Source: Fimbriosthenelais zetlandica | Lineage: Eukaryota | Reading direction: 5' to 3' | Length of the DNA stretch: 64,000 nt | Assembly: GCA_977030845.1 (NCBI GenBank) | Contig: OZ365118.1 | Span: forward strand, 21,514,001-21,578,000 | Made by a program: the position numbers and the translations under genes | Notes under the pieces: model-generated | What the model was told of the DNA's origin: nothing | The model's input: the letters and a program-made list of their open reading frames with translations, nothing else | Databases searched by the model: none | Shown: positions 13,901 to 25,900 of the stretch, piece after piece | How the letters are laid out: every line of letters starts with the position of its first letter | How positions within the stretch are numbered: the stretch's first letter is position 1

Positions 13901-16900
13901 AGGATTAAGTTTCACATCTCATTACCAAGTTGATTAGGGTCACAAAGGTGAGCAATATGATCCTTTACTTGGTTTATTCTACATATTATAAACCAGGACA
14001 CGAGCTGGTGGTTTAACTCAGGGATACATGTACTCTAGTTCAGACTAATCTCTACTGACAGACAGCCAGTCTATCTTAAAACAGGTAAGAACATTAGTCA
14101 TTCCATCTCTAATTTAGGAGCTTTTCAGTATAAAATCTTCAAGCCCTTCCAGGTTTAAGTATAGGTATCTGGGATATCAAAACTATGCTGAATATGTCAA
14201 CAGAAACTCAGCTTATTCATGGGATAATCCCCCTGATTCAGTGCCTTTCCTCTATATTCCCTATATCAATATTTTAAAAGTCAGGCCAAGTCAGTCCTCC
14301 ATATACAACCCTGGAGCTATTAGGTACCACAATGGGTTGTATAAGCAAGAACAAACATTGTCATACAATCCTAAACACATTGTAAAGTCATAAATGATGT
14401 TCTTCAGGTCATTGCTGAATGGTTGGGTTGTAAAGTGAGGCCTGGGTTGGGCTGCTTTATTTCTATGTAAGACTAAGCTCTTCCAGTTTACCAATATTAA
14501 GTTAATTTCTTTCAGAGAACCATCACCATGCTGGGAGTACCCAGTACAGCAGACTCTGAGAAGTCAGTCAGTTTAGAACCAGGAGGAGCAGAGAGACAAG
14601 AGGATGAGGATAAAAGAGATGAGTTCAGGAGGAATCATGGTATTTTATGTCGCCTGTTCTGTGAGGGCAGCACGACCGCCATGAGGGAAGTGTTTAACAC
14701 CATCCACCCTCCCATCTCACTCCACAGCCGCCTCACCAAGGCCCAGATCACCAAATCACTGCGCCGACTACAGCAGCAAGGATCCCTCACCCCCGATCAG
14801 TGGCGCTACCTCTACCCGGGAGAGAAATCCACACCAGTGTCAACTAACTTTAACAACAGACTACTGCGGGTCCTTCTCCAGTATATATGCCATCTCTCAC
14901 CTCCCTACCCTAATGGTTGGGAGGGCATCCCTCTATCAACTGATACCAGTCTATCAGCTGATCTGGTCCGGCTAGACTACATCAGGAGGAGTCTGAATAA
15001 AATGAAGGGAGAGACCAACAGTAACGATCTAGACAGGTACTCTAACCTGCTCATTGAGGTGCTCACTCGTATAGGAGGACCTATAGCCAGGATCAAAGCT
15101 GATACCATCATGACGGAGGCCACAAGCCAGGAGGAGATGGACAGGTACAAGGAGGAAGTCAGTCAGTGGCAGAAATACCACGACAAGATGGTCAAGGCAG
15201 GTACAGACCCCATCAGTCCTCAGTCTGATGGTCACTTACTGGTCAAGGAGTTTACACTGCCTCAGATCACCACTACACATGCGGGGGGTGATGGACCAGG
15301 AGTCGACCAAGATGTGGAGGGTCAGAACAAGGCATCTAACAGAGCTGGGCGTTTATCACTGCCGGGGGCTGGAGCTCACCGCTCCCGATCTAACAGCAGG
15401 GCTGGATCCGGGCATAGAACTCCAGGTAAAGTTTACATTCAATAAGATTATACCAGAATTCTATGTCAGGTAGCAAACACATACCTTACTAGAGCTATTA
15501 TAGAGCTTTTATCAGCCTGAATCCCAGTATCAATATAGAATTTATAAGCAAGTTTAGCCACTTCACATCAAGTACTAAACCTCATTCCATCTTGTCTATG
15601 CAAAGGTCTTGGTTGTAGCCAAGATCCTTTATGGGATGACTCTTTGAACTGAGTAAGTTATGATTGTCTGCCACTCAGCCTCGTTTCATTATCTCTTTGA
15701 CTTGAAGTAGCCACCAACATGCTGCACCAGGACCGGGCCATCTTAGTGGAGCATCATAAGCTACTGACTGAGAACATCCGTAGTGACGTGGTGTTGTTAC
15801 GTCTGGTCATGGCTGGTTTACTCAGCCATGAGGAGAAGAACAGTATCAACCTGGCCACCCGTAACGTGGACCGTATGAAGGCCTTACTCAGACTACTGCC
15901 CACTAAACCCCGCCCAGCATTCACGGCCTTCTGTGAGGCCATCAAGTTTAAATACGTCTCTATATACGAGCAACTGATGAGGGCCAAGAGAACGGCCATG
16001 GAAAAACCAGGTACGGGGAAGATTTATATTACATTTCACAAAATTTAAAGGCAATCAATGCAAGAAGAAAGTATGGAGGTTGAAAATAGCAAGAAGAGAT
16101 TATGAAGTGATAGGATAAGGTTGACATTTTCATTTCAGATGATATTACTGAAGCTAATATGAATCTAAAATCAAACTACAAGACCAAGATGAGACCGGTA
16201 TCGTGGCATCCACGGGCCAACGTTAATGTCTGTCAGTTCTACACGCCACTCTACATCACCGATGGACAAGGGTCAGTATTAACTCTCAGTTTTCTTTCAG
16301 AGTTTAAAGCCTGTGTGATTAGATTGTAAAAAAGTTTGAAATTAGTTTGGAAAATATAACCTTTTCAAGATAAAAATACAGGTTTTCAGTAATATAAGTA
16401 ACCTATTTTCAGGAATGAATACAGCCCCAGTACTGTATTTGAGAGCAGACGGAGGGCTGTTCCAGGACGTGGGAGGAGGATGCTAATAGAGGGAGAGAGT
16501 GGGAGTGGTAAGAGCATTATCTGTCGCTACATCACCCGTGAGTGGGCTAATGGAGAAGGCCAGCTCTCAGACTACAGATTGGTGTACTACATCGATGTTA
16601 AACTCCTCAAAAACAGCCTGGGTGAGACCATGCTAGCCATCAACCACGGAGAGGCCTTCAATAAGACAGTCCGTGATATCTACCAGCTGATAGACGGCAA
16701 CCAGAGAGAGGTCATGTTCATACTGGACAGTCTGGAGGATCTCAGTCCAAAGGTGAGAGATGAGATCATGGACCTGATCCAGGGTAAGCTGTTCCCTGAC
16801 AGTAGTGTAATGGTGACTATAAACAGTATGTATGTGACGAGGGACCTGATGAGGTACTTTGACAGTAAGCTAGTGGTCATGGGCCTGTCACTGGTCAGCC

Positions 16901-19900
16901 TGGAGGACTTCGTCATGCGCTACGCTCGCTTGACCAAAACTCCAGAGGATCTGTACTTCACTCTGGTGGAGAAGATGATGGGGGAGGGAGGGATGGATTC
17001 AGATGTACAGATCCTAGCACAGAACCCGCAGCTGTGTATGTGTATGTGTCTGCTAGCAGAGACAGGCCAGTCATTGAGTATAGAGTCAATGACTCAACTA
17101 CTACAGGCCTTCCTCCTGGCCATTCAGAACAACTACTGTAGGAGGAACCGTCTAGAGATGGTGGATGGGGAACTACCTGAGGTGGTACAGAATCTGACCC
17201 AGGACATTGAGGAGATGGCGTGGAGATGTATGCACCAGAATGGAAGCTTCTTCACGTATGACCAATCTGACGAGGACGACTCTCAATCTAACAAGTACGC
17301 CTTTGGTTTTATAGAGAAGCGTTCCTCCTCCACTCTCCTCACACTCCGCCAGGAGTTCTTCAGTAACCGAGTCTTCCAGGACTTCATGGCAGCCCGGGTT
17401 CTGTGCCGGCTGGAGGTTGAAGACTTCATGGACCATGTCCAGGACCTGGTTCATGATAATTACTACTGTAACGTCACTAGATTCCTCTGTGGTCTCCTCA
17501 AAGACGACAAGAAAACCACGAGACTGTCAACCATCATGAAGGAGTTAGCTCAGGTGAATGTAACTCATTGGAGAGGCTACAGCTCTCACCACAACACACC
17601 AACATCCGTGGATGGTAGATTAGATACCAGCCTGGACACGGGGCTGATGGAAGGACGACTAGGAGACTTCAAACTCAGCCTCGAGTGTATCAATGAATGT
17701 CATGAACGTGACGATATGATTAACATTATATCACAATCCCTGCCTACAAGGATGTTTACCATGAACAAGAAAACCCTGAGCCACGGTGGGATACTAGGGC
17801 TGGCTAAATGTATGCTGATGGACGAGTGCCACATCAGTGAGCTGGAGTTCAGACTTGATCACTTCGCCCGGTATCACAGTAAAGCCCTGCTCATCCTGGC
17901 ACAGAGCATCAATGACAGCCAGTACATGACGAGCATGAAGCTACACTGGGTGGATGCTGACCTGCTGGCGGGCTTCCTGGCTCATGTCTTCACCTCACCA
18001 TGTCACATTACAACCATCACATGTAGGTGTGAGATAAAGACAGAGACAGAGAACCGAGTAGCAGCAGCAGTATGGTCTAACATGAGACAGGCTGGTGAGA
18101 ACATGTCCTCAGTACAGAGCTTCACCTTGACTAACTGTACTAATAAAGCCATGGTGTCCTGCGTGCTGCGCTCCCTCCCCATCACCATCCAACACCTCAC
18201 CCTGACGAGCTGCTCGCTCGACCTGGTCTCAGCTCAGGAGGTTGAGATGAGGCTGACTAAATCATCCCACCTACAGACGCTGGACCTTACTGGTATCAAC
18301 ATACATACAGTAGACTTCAACCATCTCAGCGCTGGACTCAAGATGAGTGAATCCATACAGGAGTTGAGCCTAGCTGAGGTCCAGCTGGGAGGCATGGCTA
18401 TAGATTCATTAGCCGAGGCTCTCAAGTTTAATCGCTCCCTTGTACACCTTGACTTGAGTCATAATATACTGGCAGACTCAGCGTGTAAGTCGCTAGCTTC
18501 AGCCTTACCTCACACTCATCATCTAAAGACATTGAAGTTACACGGAGCGTCCATGACTAGATCAGGGAAGGAGGGGCTGAGAGAGGGAGTGAGGAGGGAG
18601 GGGCTCAGAGAGGGAGTCAGGGAGGAGGTCACCCTACATGGGATGAACTCTATACAATGTAAGTCTCCATCCTTTACTTTGAGTAAGGAAAGCACCCTTA
18701 TACTAAACCAACTCTCACAGACAAAGAGCAAAGTACTCTCTGATGACTAACACTATCACAACGCACCAAGTCTAAAGTTTGTATTGTATAAATTAACTGT
18801 ATAAATACCAAGACTTTTGGTCACAAATATTGAGGATTATATTGAGTTATTGTGAACATAATATCATACATGACTGAAAAAGAAAGGCGAGGATTATTTA
18901 TAACCTGGATCAGTAAGGAGTCTCACCTCTGAGTGTTGTCCACCTCTCGGTCGTACCTGTACTTTAACTGTAGCATCACACGGTCCGGTGTAAGACTCCT
19001 GTAATCATATCACAGAAATAAATATCCTACCACATCCTTATATTCATTCTTATGTCTCGGTTAGCCTCTAATTATTGGTTAGGAAACAAATTAATTAATT
19101 GATTATTATTATGGCAGTAGTGGGTATTGTTAAGCCAGGGAAGATGTCTACGAACCTGCCACCGAATATTTGAGGGAAGGCGGTTTCCATGGCAGCCAGT
19201 TTCCACACGATCCATCGGTAATGGTTGTAGATCCATTCACGATTTGTCAGCTTAGGATCCACACCATCCATGTCGAGAAACGCACTGAAAATATCATTTA
19301 CAATTTTCATTCATAACTGATTTCAGATATTGAGTATTACATTTAAAGTGTAAAATATAGTTGGGAACGTATATATAAATGAATAGCTTACTTGCAGAAC
19401 TCCTCTTTGCCAGCTGTGCTTTTATCGCCCCATATTAACAGTGCACCATCACCCACCCTGACACTGTTAGACTCGTACGTTACTTTATCCTCGTAGAACT
19501 CCGCGGATGAGAAGCGGTAGTCTTCAGCATTAGCAGCACAGACGGTCAGAACGGAATCTCTCACTCCAAAACAGTAGATCTGAAAACAATAAACTTAATT
19601 AAACAAACATGAACAATTTCCAGGTAAATATTAATTCAATGTTTCACAGATTTTGTAATAATTATAATAATTAAGTTTGCTCACCTGCTGTTTGGTGTAG
19701 GATTGAGGAGTCAATCCACCTACTGCTAGTTTCAGCTGTACACCTCTCTCACCCTGTCTCTGTGAGAACCATCCTCCAGGCTGGGGTTTAACTCCCCCTC
19801 TCTCCCTCTTCATCTTGATCCTCTGAGCCTGACCCACCTTAGCTTTCATTCTAGCCTTACAAACCTCTTCAGCCACTTTCACTTTCGTTTTCTCCCTGAC

Positions 19901-22900
19901 TTTCACATTGTCTTCTTCCTTTATTTCCTCTTCAGGAAGGTTTGAAAGCTCATCACAGTTCTTGTCGAGATTTTCTAAGTCAGTTGTACTGAGGGCTTCC
20001 ACTATAGAGTCCTGTTCATGTCCCCAGTCTACCAACAGTTCCTCCTCCAATGATTTACCTATCACAGTTGACTCGTCCCCGCTCCCCTCTCCTCCCTCCC
20101 CGCTCCCCTCTCCTCCCTCCCCGCTCCCCTCTCCTCCCTCCCCGCTCCCCTCTCCTCCCTCCCCGCTCCCCTCTCCTCCCTCCCCGCTCCCCTCTCCCTT
20201 ACTTTTCTTCTGTACGGGGGTGATGAAGCCAGCCTCGGAAGCTGACCGTTTAGGGGTGGACTTTACTGGGGTTTTGAAGCCCCCTGTAGATATAGGAGTG
20301 GATGCTTTGAGTGGGGGTTTGAAGGAGGAGGCGGGGGTGTCAGTCTTGTAGGGTGTTATAAAGCTGGAGCTATCAGTGGACTGTTTGACGGGGGTTGACT
20401 GGTGGATGGGGTGTGAAAGCCTGACCTGGTCACCCGGGGTGGAGGGTTCAATCAGTCGATCATCAGTGACAGCATTGTGGTAATCCTTATAACTGGTAGG
20501 TCCCTGCCAGCTGGTGAAAATATAATACAAATACATCAATTACTAGTGAATGAAATCATTTTAAAAGCAATGATCATTTTAGTGGACTTAACATATTCAT
20601 TAATCTCAATTAAGCTCTTAGTATATATGGTAATAATTATGGATTCTGGACTACCCTAATGATTAAGTTGTACCCACCTATAAATGGGTTGATTGGAGCT
20701 CCTTTTCTGATTCTGTAAATCTTTGTCTGGAGCACTGATGAGTGGTTTAAGAGAGGTTGATCTCCTGGATACCAAACACCGGTCAGATAAAAACGCTGAA
20801 AAAAAGCAAATAAATGTTACGATTATTTATCTTGTGAATTCATTTGAACATTGCTATTTCTCTAGAATGTTGATAGAAAATCAGTGAAGCAGTCTATAAG
20901 TTAACAGAGATTGTTTTATTAGTATTGATATCAGATTATGGCTGAAGGATATGAAGGGACCCTACCTTCTGGAGTGGAGGTCACTGCTTTAAAGGCCGTC
21001 ACTTTACTAGGGAACCTGGCAGTTGAAGTATTGCTTGATAACTCAGGATTCTGCCGCTGTCCAGAATGTACAAACGAGGATTCCTCGCCAAAAGTGTCAT
21101 CACAGTCCGCCAGTAAAGCCTTAGAACTTTCACAGATTTCCTTCATCACCTCCTGATCCTCATCTAGTTGGTTTTCCTCAGTTCTGTCATCGCTCTGTCC
21201 CATGGTGAGTTCACTCTCTGTCAGGAATTGTTTGGCTTTTTTCATGGCATCCTCAGAGATGTTGACAGTCCTTCCACCAGCAGTGGAGAACCCGGTGAAT
21301 GTGAGAGATGGAGGTGCCACCTCACCCCTGTCATTATCAGCAGATCTCACCATACTCAGCGAATCTTTACAGACCTTTACTTGCTGCCCACCAGCAGTAG
21401 AGAATACATCCAGTTTGGTTTTGGATTCCTCTTTAGTTCTGGGATCTTTTTGGTTTGATTCATCATCAATTTCTGGATTAGATTCCAGCAGTTTTTTGGC
21501 CTTCATCAGAGCGGAGTTTGAAATGTTCACAGATTTTCCACCAGCTGTTGAGAAGCCCAGGCAGCTGTGGTCACTCTTCATTGAGGATTTCTCCGTGAAT
21601 GGGATGATGGCTGTCAGTTTATCTGAAGTACCACTCGTCATTTCTTGCATCAACCTCTCCTCATCTGATCTGAGATGTTTCTCATCTTCAGAGAAGAATT
21701 GCTTAACCTTTCTAAGGGCTGTTTCTGAGATGGAGACTTTCTTCCCACCCGCGGTCGCGAATCCTAAGAAAGTAGCAGGGGTAGCTTTATTGAGGTCCTT
21801 ATTTTCCACATCTTTAATTTCATTTTGTTGTTCGTTTACATCCACATCCTCATCACCTAGAGCAGAAAGCTTGCTTCTTGCTTCAGTCAACGATTTTTCC
21901 GACACTTTAACTGACTTTCCACTTGCAGTAGAGAAGCCTACAAAGGATGAAGCCTGGGGAGTCTCCTCCATGAAGCCATCTCTTTCCACTCCATAATCTG
22001 AAGGTGTTTCTTCCATTTTTGTAAGTAGAGACTGTGATTGTTTTAAGCCATTTTCTGAAATATCCACACGTTTACCAGAGGCGGTTGAGAAGCCTTGGAA
22101 ATGAGATGGTGGATTGTTCTTTTCTACAGATGGTTGTTCATCATTTTCAAGCAATATTTGGGCTTCATTTAAGGCACACTCTGATATTTTCACCTCTTTA
22201 CCAGAAGCAGGAGAGAAAGCAGGGAGCTCTACCCCCGGTACCTTAAAGTCAATGCAGTCATTTCCAACAAATGATTCTTCATTATTTTGCAGTAACAATT
22301 TGGCTTCGTTGATGGCCTTTTCAGATACATTCACACTTTTCCCAGAAGCAGTTGTAAATGCTGGACATTTAGACAAAGCTTCACCAGTGTCGGTTGTTCC
22401 AGTATCTCCTTCCACCGGTTCTTCTGTTACATCCTTTTCCAGTGAAAACTCAGATTTAGACTTAGTAATTGTTGAAACATTTGTCAATCCATCTGACAAA
22501 TCAGAATGAGTCATGGATGACATCTCTGCTATAGGGTATGGTTGTTTAAATTCACCACTAGTAGAACCTGACGTTTGCTTTACTTTAAGTTCAGGCACTA
22601 CACAGTCAGTAATCTCATCCTTTTCCAGAACTTTCTTTGAATTCTCGCCGGAGTAGAAACTAAAGCTGGTGTTTTCTTGTAGCGTGCCTGAGTTTGATGA
22701 TAAATACTGGCCTGAACTTCTGGTATGTTGGTCTACACGGTTCATTTTACTCTCTGGAACCTCGGGTACTTTCAAATTCTCCGACGTAGGAAGAGTTTCT
22801 TTCACAATCTTCGCTTCATTTGTTTTTTCAGTAGAGTTTTGACGAGCAGCAGCAGGGACTGTAAGTTGATTGATCCTCTGACCATCTTGTGGACTAATTC

Positions 22901-25900
22901 TCCTGTCCTCATCTTTATTTACATCACTCACTGCTGCTTCCTCTACAATGTCCTCTTCAGTGAATATATGTTTCACTTTCATTAAAGCCTCAGTTGACGT
23001 GGCTAAACTTTTACCAGAGGCTGTCTTGAATAGAACTGGTCCTGGTCCATTCACAGCCTCATCCCCGCCACCTAATGATACCCGCTGTGTTGTTATTAGA
23101 TCATCTGTTGTATTGTTACTTGTATGATTGGCGCTGAGTATGTTTAGGTGATCGTCAAATTGAGAATTATCCTCTAGAAGTAAAGCCTGAGCGGCGTCAG
23201 TAGCTTCAGTGATCTGAGTGTATGTGAGGTTATCTAGACTGTCATTGAAGGCCTCGTTATACTGATCAGTGACATTCATGTTAGAATCATTCTGATGTTC
23301 ATTCACACCAGTCTCTACTTCATCCTTGTCTACACTGGTCTTCACTTTATCTTCTATTAACTCTACTTTCTCTGGGTGTTTATTGAGTTTTTGATTTATA
23401 CAATTGTCTTCTTTGTTCAGTCCATCCTCTTTCTGTTGCAGTACATCCTGTTTCTCTATTGTATTAACATGTATAGCTGCCTTTATATCAGTTTTGACAA
23501 CCATCCGTGGACGTTTAAAGGGTCGGTAACCTTTAGGTAACTTGCTGTAATCTTTTTTTGGCTCGTTCTGTTTCAGAGATGCCATGTTTGTTGCTTTATC
23601 TGTATCTCTCTCAGCTATGACAGGTACACTAGGTTCTGTCTGAGAACATCCCTCAATGTTTTCCTCCTCAAACCATTTGCTGAATTTGGCCGCGGCACTG
23701 CTGTCTATTTTTAGCTGTTTGCCAGCGGCAGTACCAAACCCCGGAGGCTGTCTGTCTGTATTGTCATTGACAGGTTCCTCACCAAGATTAAACACAAGTG
23801 GAGGGTCAGTCGTGGACATACTCCCTCCTGGTTCGTCCTCAAACCATTTCTCAAACTTTGACAGGTTGGTCTCTGATATTTTTACATCTTTTCCACGTGC
23901 AGTTTTAAATCCAACAAAAGTAGGCGGGATGCCATCAGAATAGGCAGTGTTTCCTTTGTCATTCTTTGTATCACACTTCTCTTTTACCGTCACTTCAGTC
24001 TGATAATCATGATGGGTATCTTTGATCGTACTCCCAGTTTCGACCATTCCTTTATCACAATCTTTTCCTGATTTCTCCAGGGGAAGCTCTTCTTGGAACC
24101 AGCTTCCGTACTTGGTCCACTTTGACTCGTCAATTTTGAGATCATTACCTGCAGCTGTTTTAAAACTAACAAACTGAGGGACGGCAGATCCTTCTACAGC
24201 CCCACATGTGGACTCAGGTGGATCCTTGTCACATGTTGGGAGTAATTTATCACAATCATTATCAGTCTTTGCACCAGGTTTGTCCATTTCAGGGACTCTA
24301 GCATCCCCTAGTTCTGAGCCACATTCTGTCTTATTTTCCAGGTGCCGGTAATGGTTTGGGAATTTCATATTATTCCTGATATCACTGTTATTGTTCACGC
24401 ATGATTTGGCTGAAGGTTTAGACGACTGATGGACATTTAAATTCTTCAGACATGAGATTTTTGAGGGAGCACTTTCAGCAGATTTAGGTTGATCTTCATC
24501 GAACCAGGTTGAGTATTTCTTTACAGTAGCCTCGTCCAGGTTTAACTTCTTACCACTGGCGATCTGAAAGCCAACACACGTGGAAGCTTGGTGAACCTGA
24601 GACTCAAATGTTATTACTGGTATACCACCATCCTCCTCTACAATTCTGGGCACATGTTTTACTCCTTCATTCACACTTTCCATATTAGTTTGAGCTCCAT
24701 CATCTTTATAACTCGGTGTAACAACAGTTTCCTTAACCTTTTCTTTCTCAGAGGCCACGGTTAGAGAGAGAGTAAAGTCTGTGTCAAACTCTTGCTCTAT
24801 TCCGTCCATCATCCTGGCCGTCTCATCGCCATGTGCTTGTTTATCTTGAAGCCCAGTCTCCAGGTTGGATGTAGCCTTGTTTTCTATCTTATCATGTGAA
24901 CCATCTTTGTTGTTTTGAGCCTCCTTTCTCTCTCCCCGACCATCACTCGGCGGCTGAGCGCTGTAATTTGAGATCGCCTGGAAGTTGATGACTTTTTTAG
25001 CGGAGTCATTAGAGATTTGGTTGCGAGACGGATACTGGAATCGTCCGGGTTTTCTACGTAAGCCCACTGATCTCCCCTTCACAGTGCTCGTCTGGGCAAG
25101 TCTATGAGTACCAGACACTGGCGACATTCTGGGGCTCACTGTTCTAGATTTATTCTCACTAATACATGTGTTAGTTTTACTGTGTTTGGGGCTCACTCGT
25201 GACATAGGTGTTCTCTGAGAGGGGCTGTCTTTGGTACCAGTTTGATTAACAGTGGAAACACTCTCAGTAGCTGAGAAAATAGATTCCATAACTGAAGGGG
25301 AAATCTGGGAAAATACAACATCGTTATTTCCCTCTTGGCTGGCCATAGATTTACCAGGTGTTTTCTGCAAGGCGGGGCTTTTCCTCGGTGCCTCATCAGG
25401 CACAGTGGTTCGTTTTTGTACGTGACAATCACTATGGGTATTTTCCGCAGTTCTTTCTGCAGGCAGTTCAGTTCTTATTGTGGTTGTTTCCTCTACTACA
25501 TTAGTAGCCATGAGGGAGGTTTCAGACTTGGTCACAGCATCACAGATGGCGTAGAGGTGTGTGGGGGAGAGCTGGGTAAACTCCACGTCTGGACGCTCCT
25601 TCCTGTCTACACTCACATTCTGATCTTGTTCCATGCTCGACTTATCATTTCCATCTTCCTCACTTTTCACCTTTATTTGGTCCTCAGTAATTTTGTCACC
25701 ACTTGTCGCATTCATTTGGTCTACATTCACCTCTTCACCCCCACCTGATCCAGTCTCTATATTCCCCTCACATTCCTCCACACTTTCAGCCATGATGTGT
25801 TCCACCATTTTGGAGGCAGCACCTTGTGATGTTAGACTGTGTCGTAGCGAGGTCCGCTTCCTGGCTACTTGTTGTCTCAGGTATGATCGTGAGGGAGGAG

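Noticed and set aside
19908-23943. + strand Ser-rich ORFs (19908-20351, 21202-21996, 22114-22509, 23656-23943 etc.)
   Set aside because: Antisense shadows of BRCA2 coding exons, with no independent motifs or splice structure.
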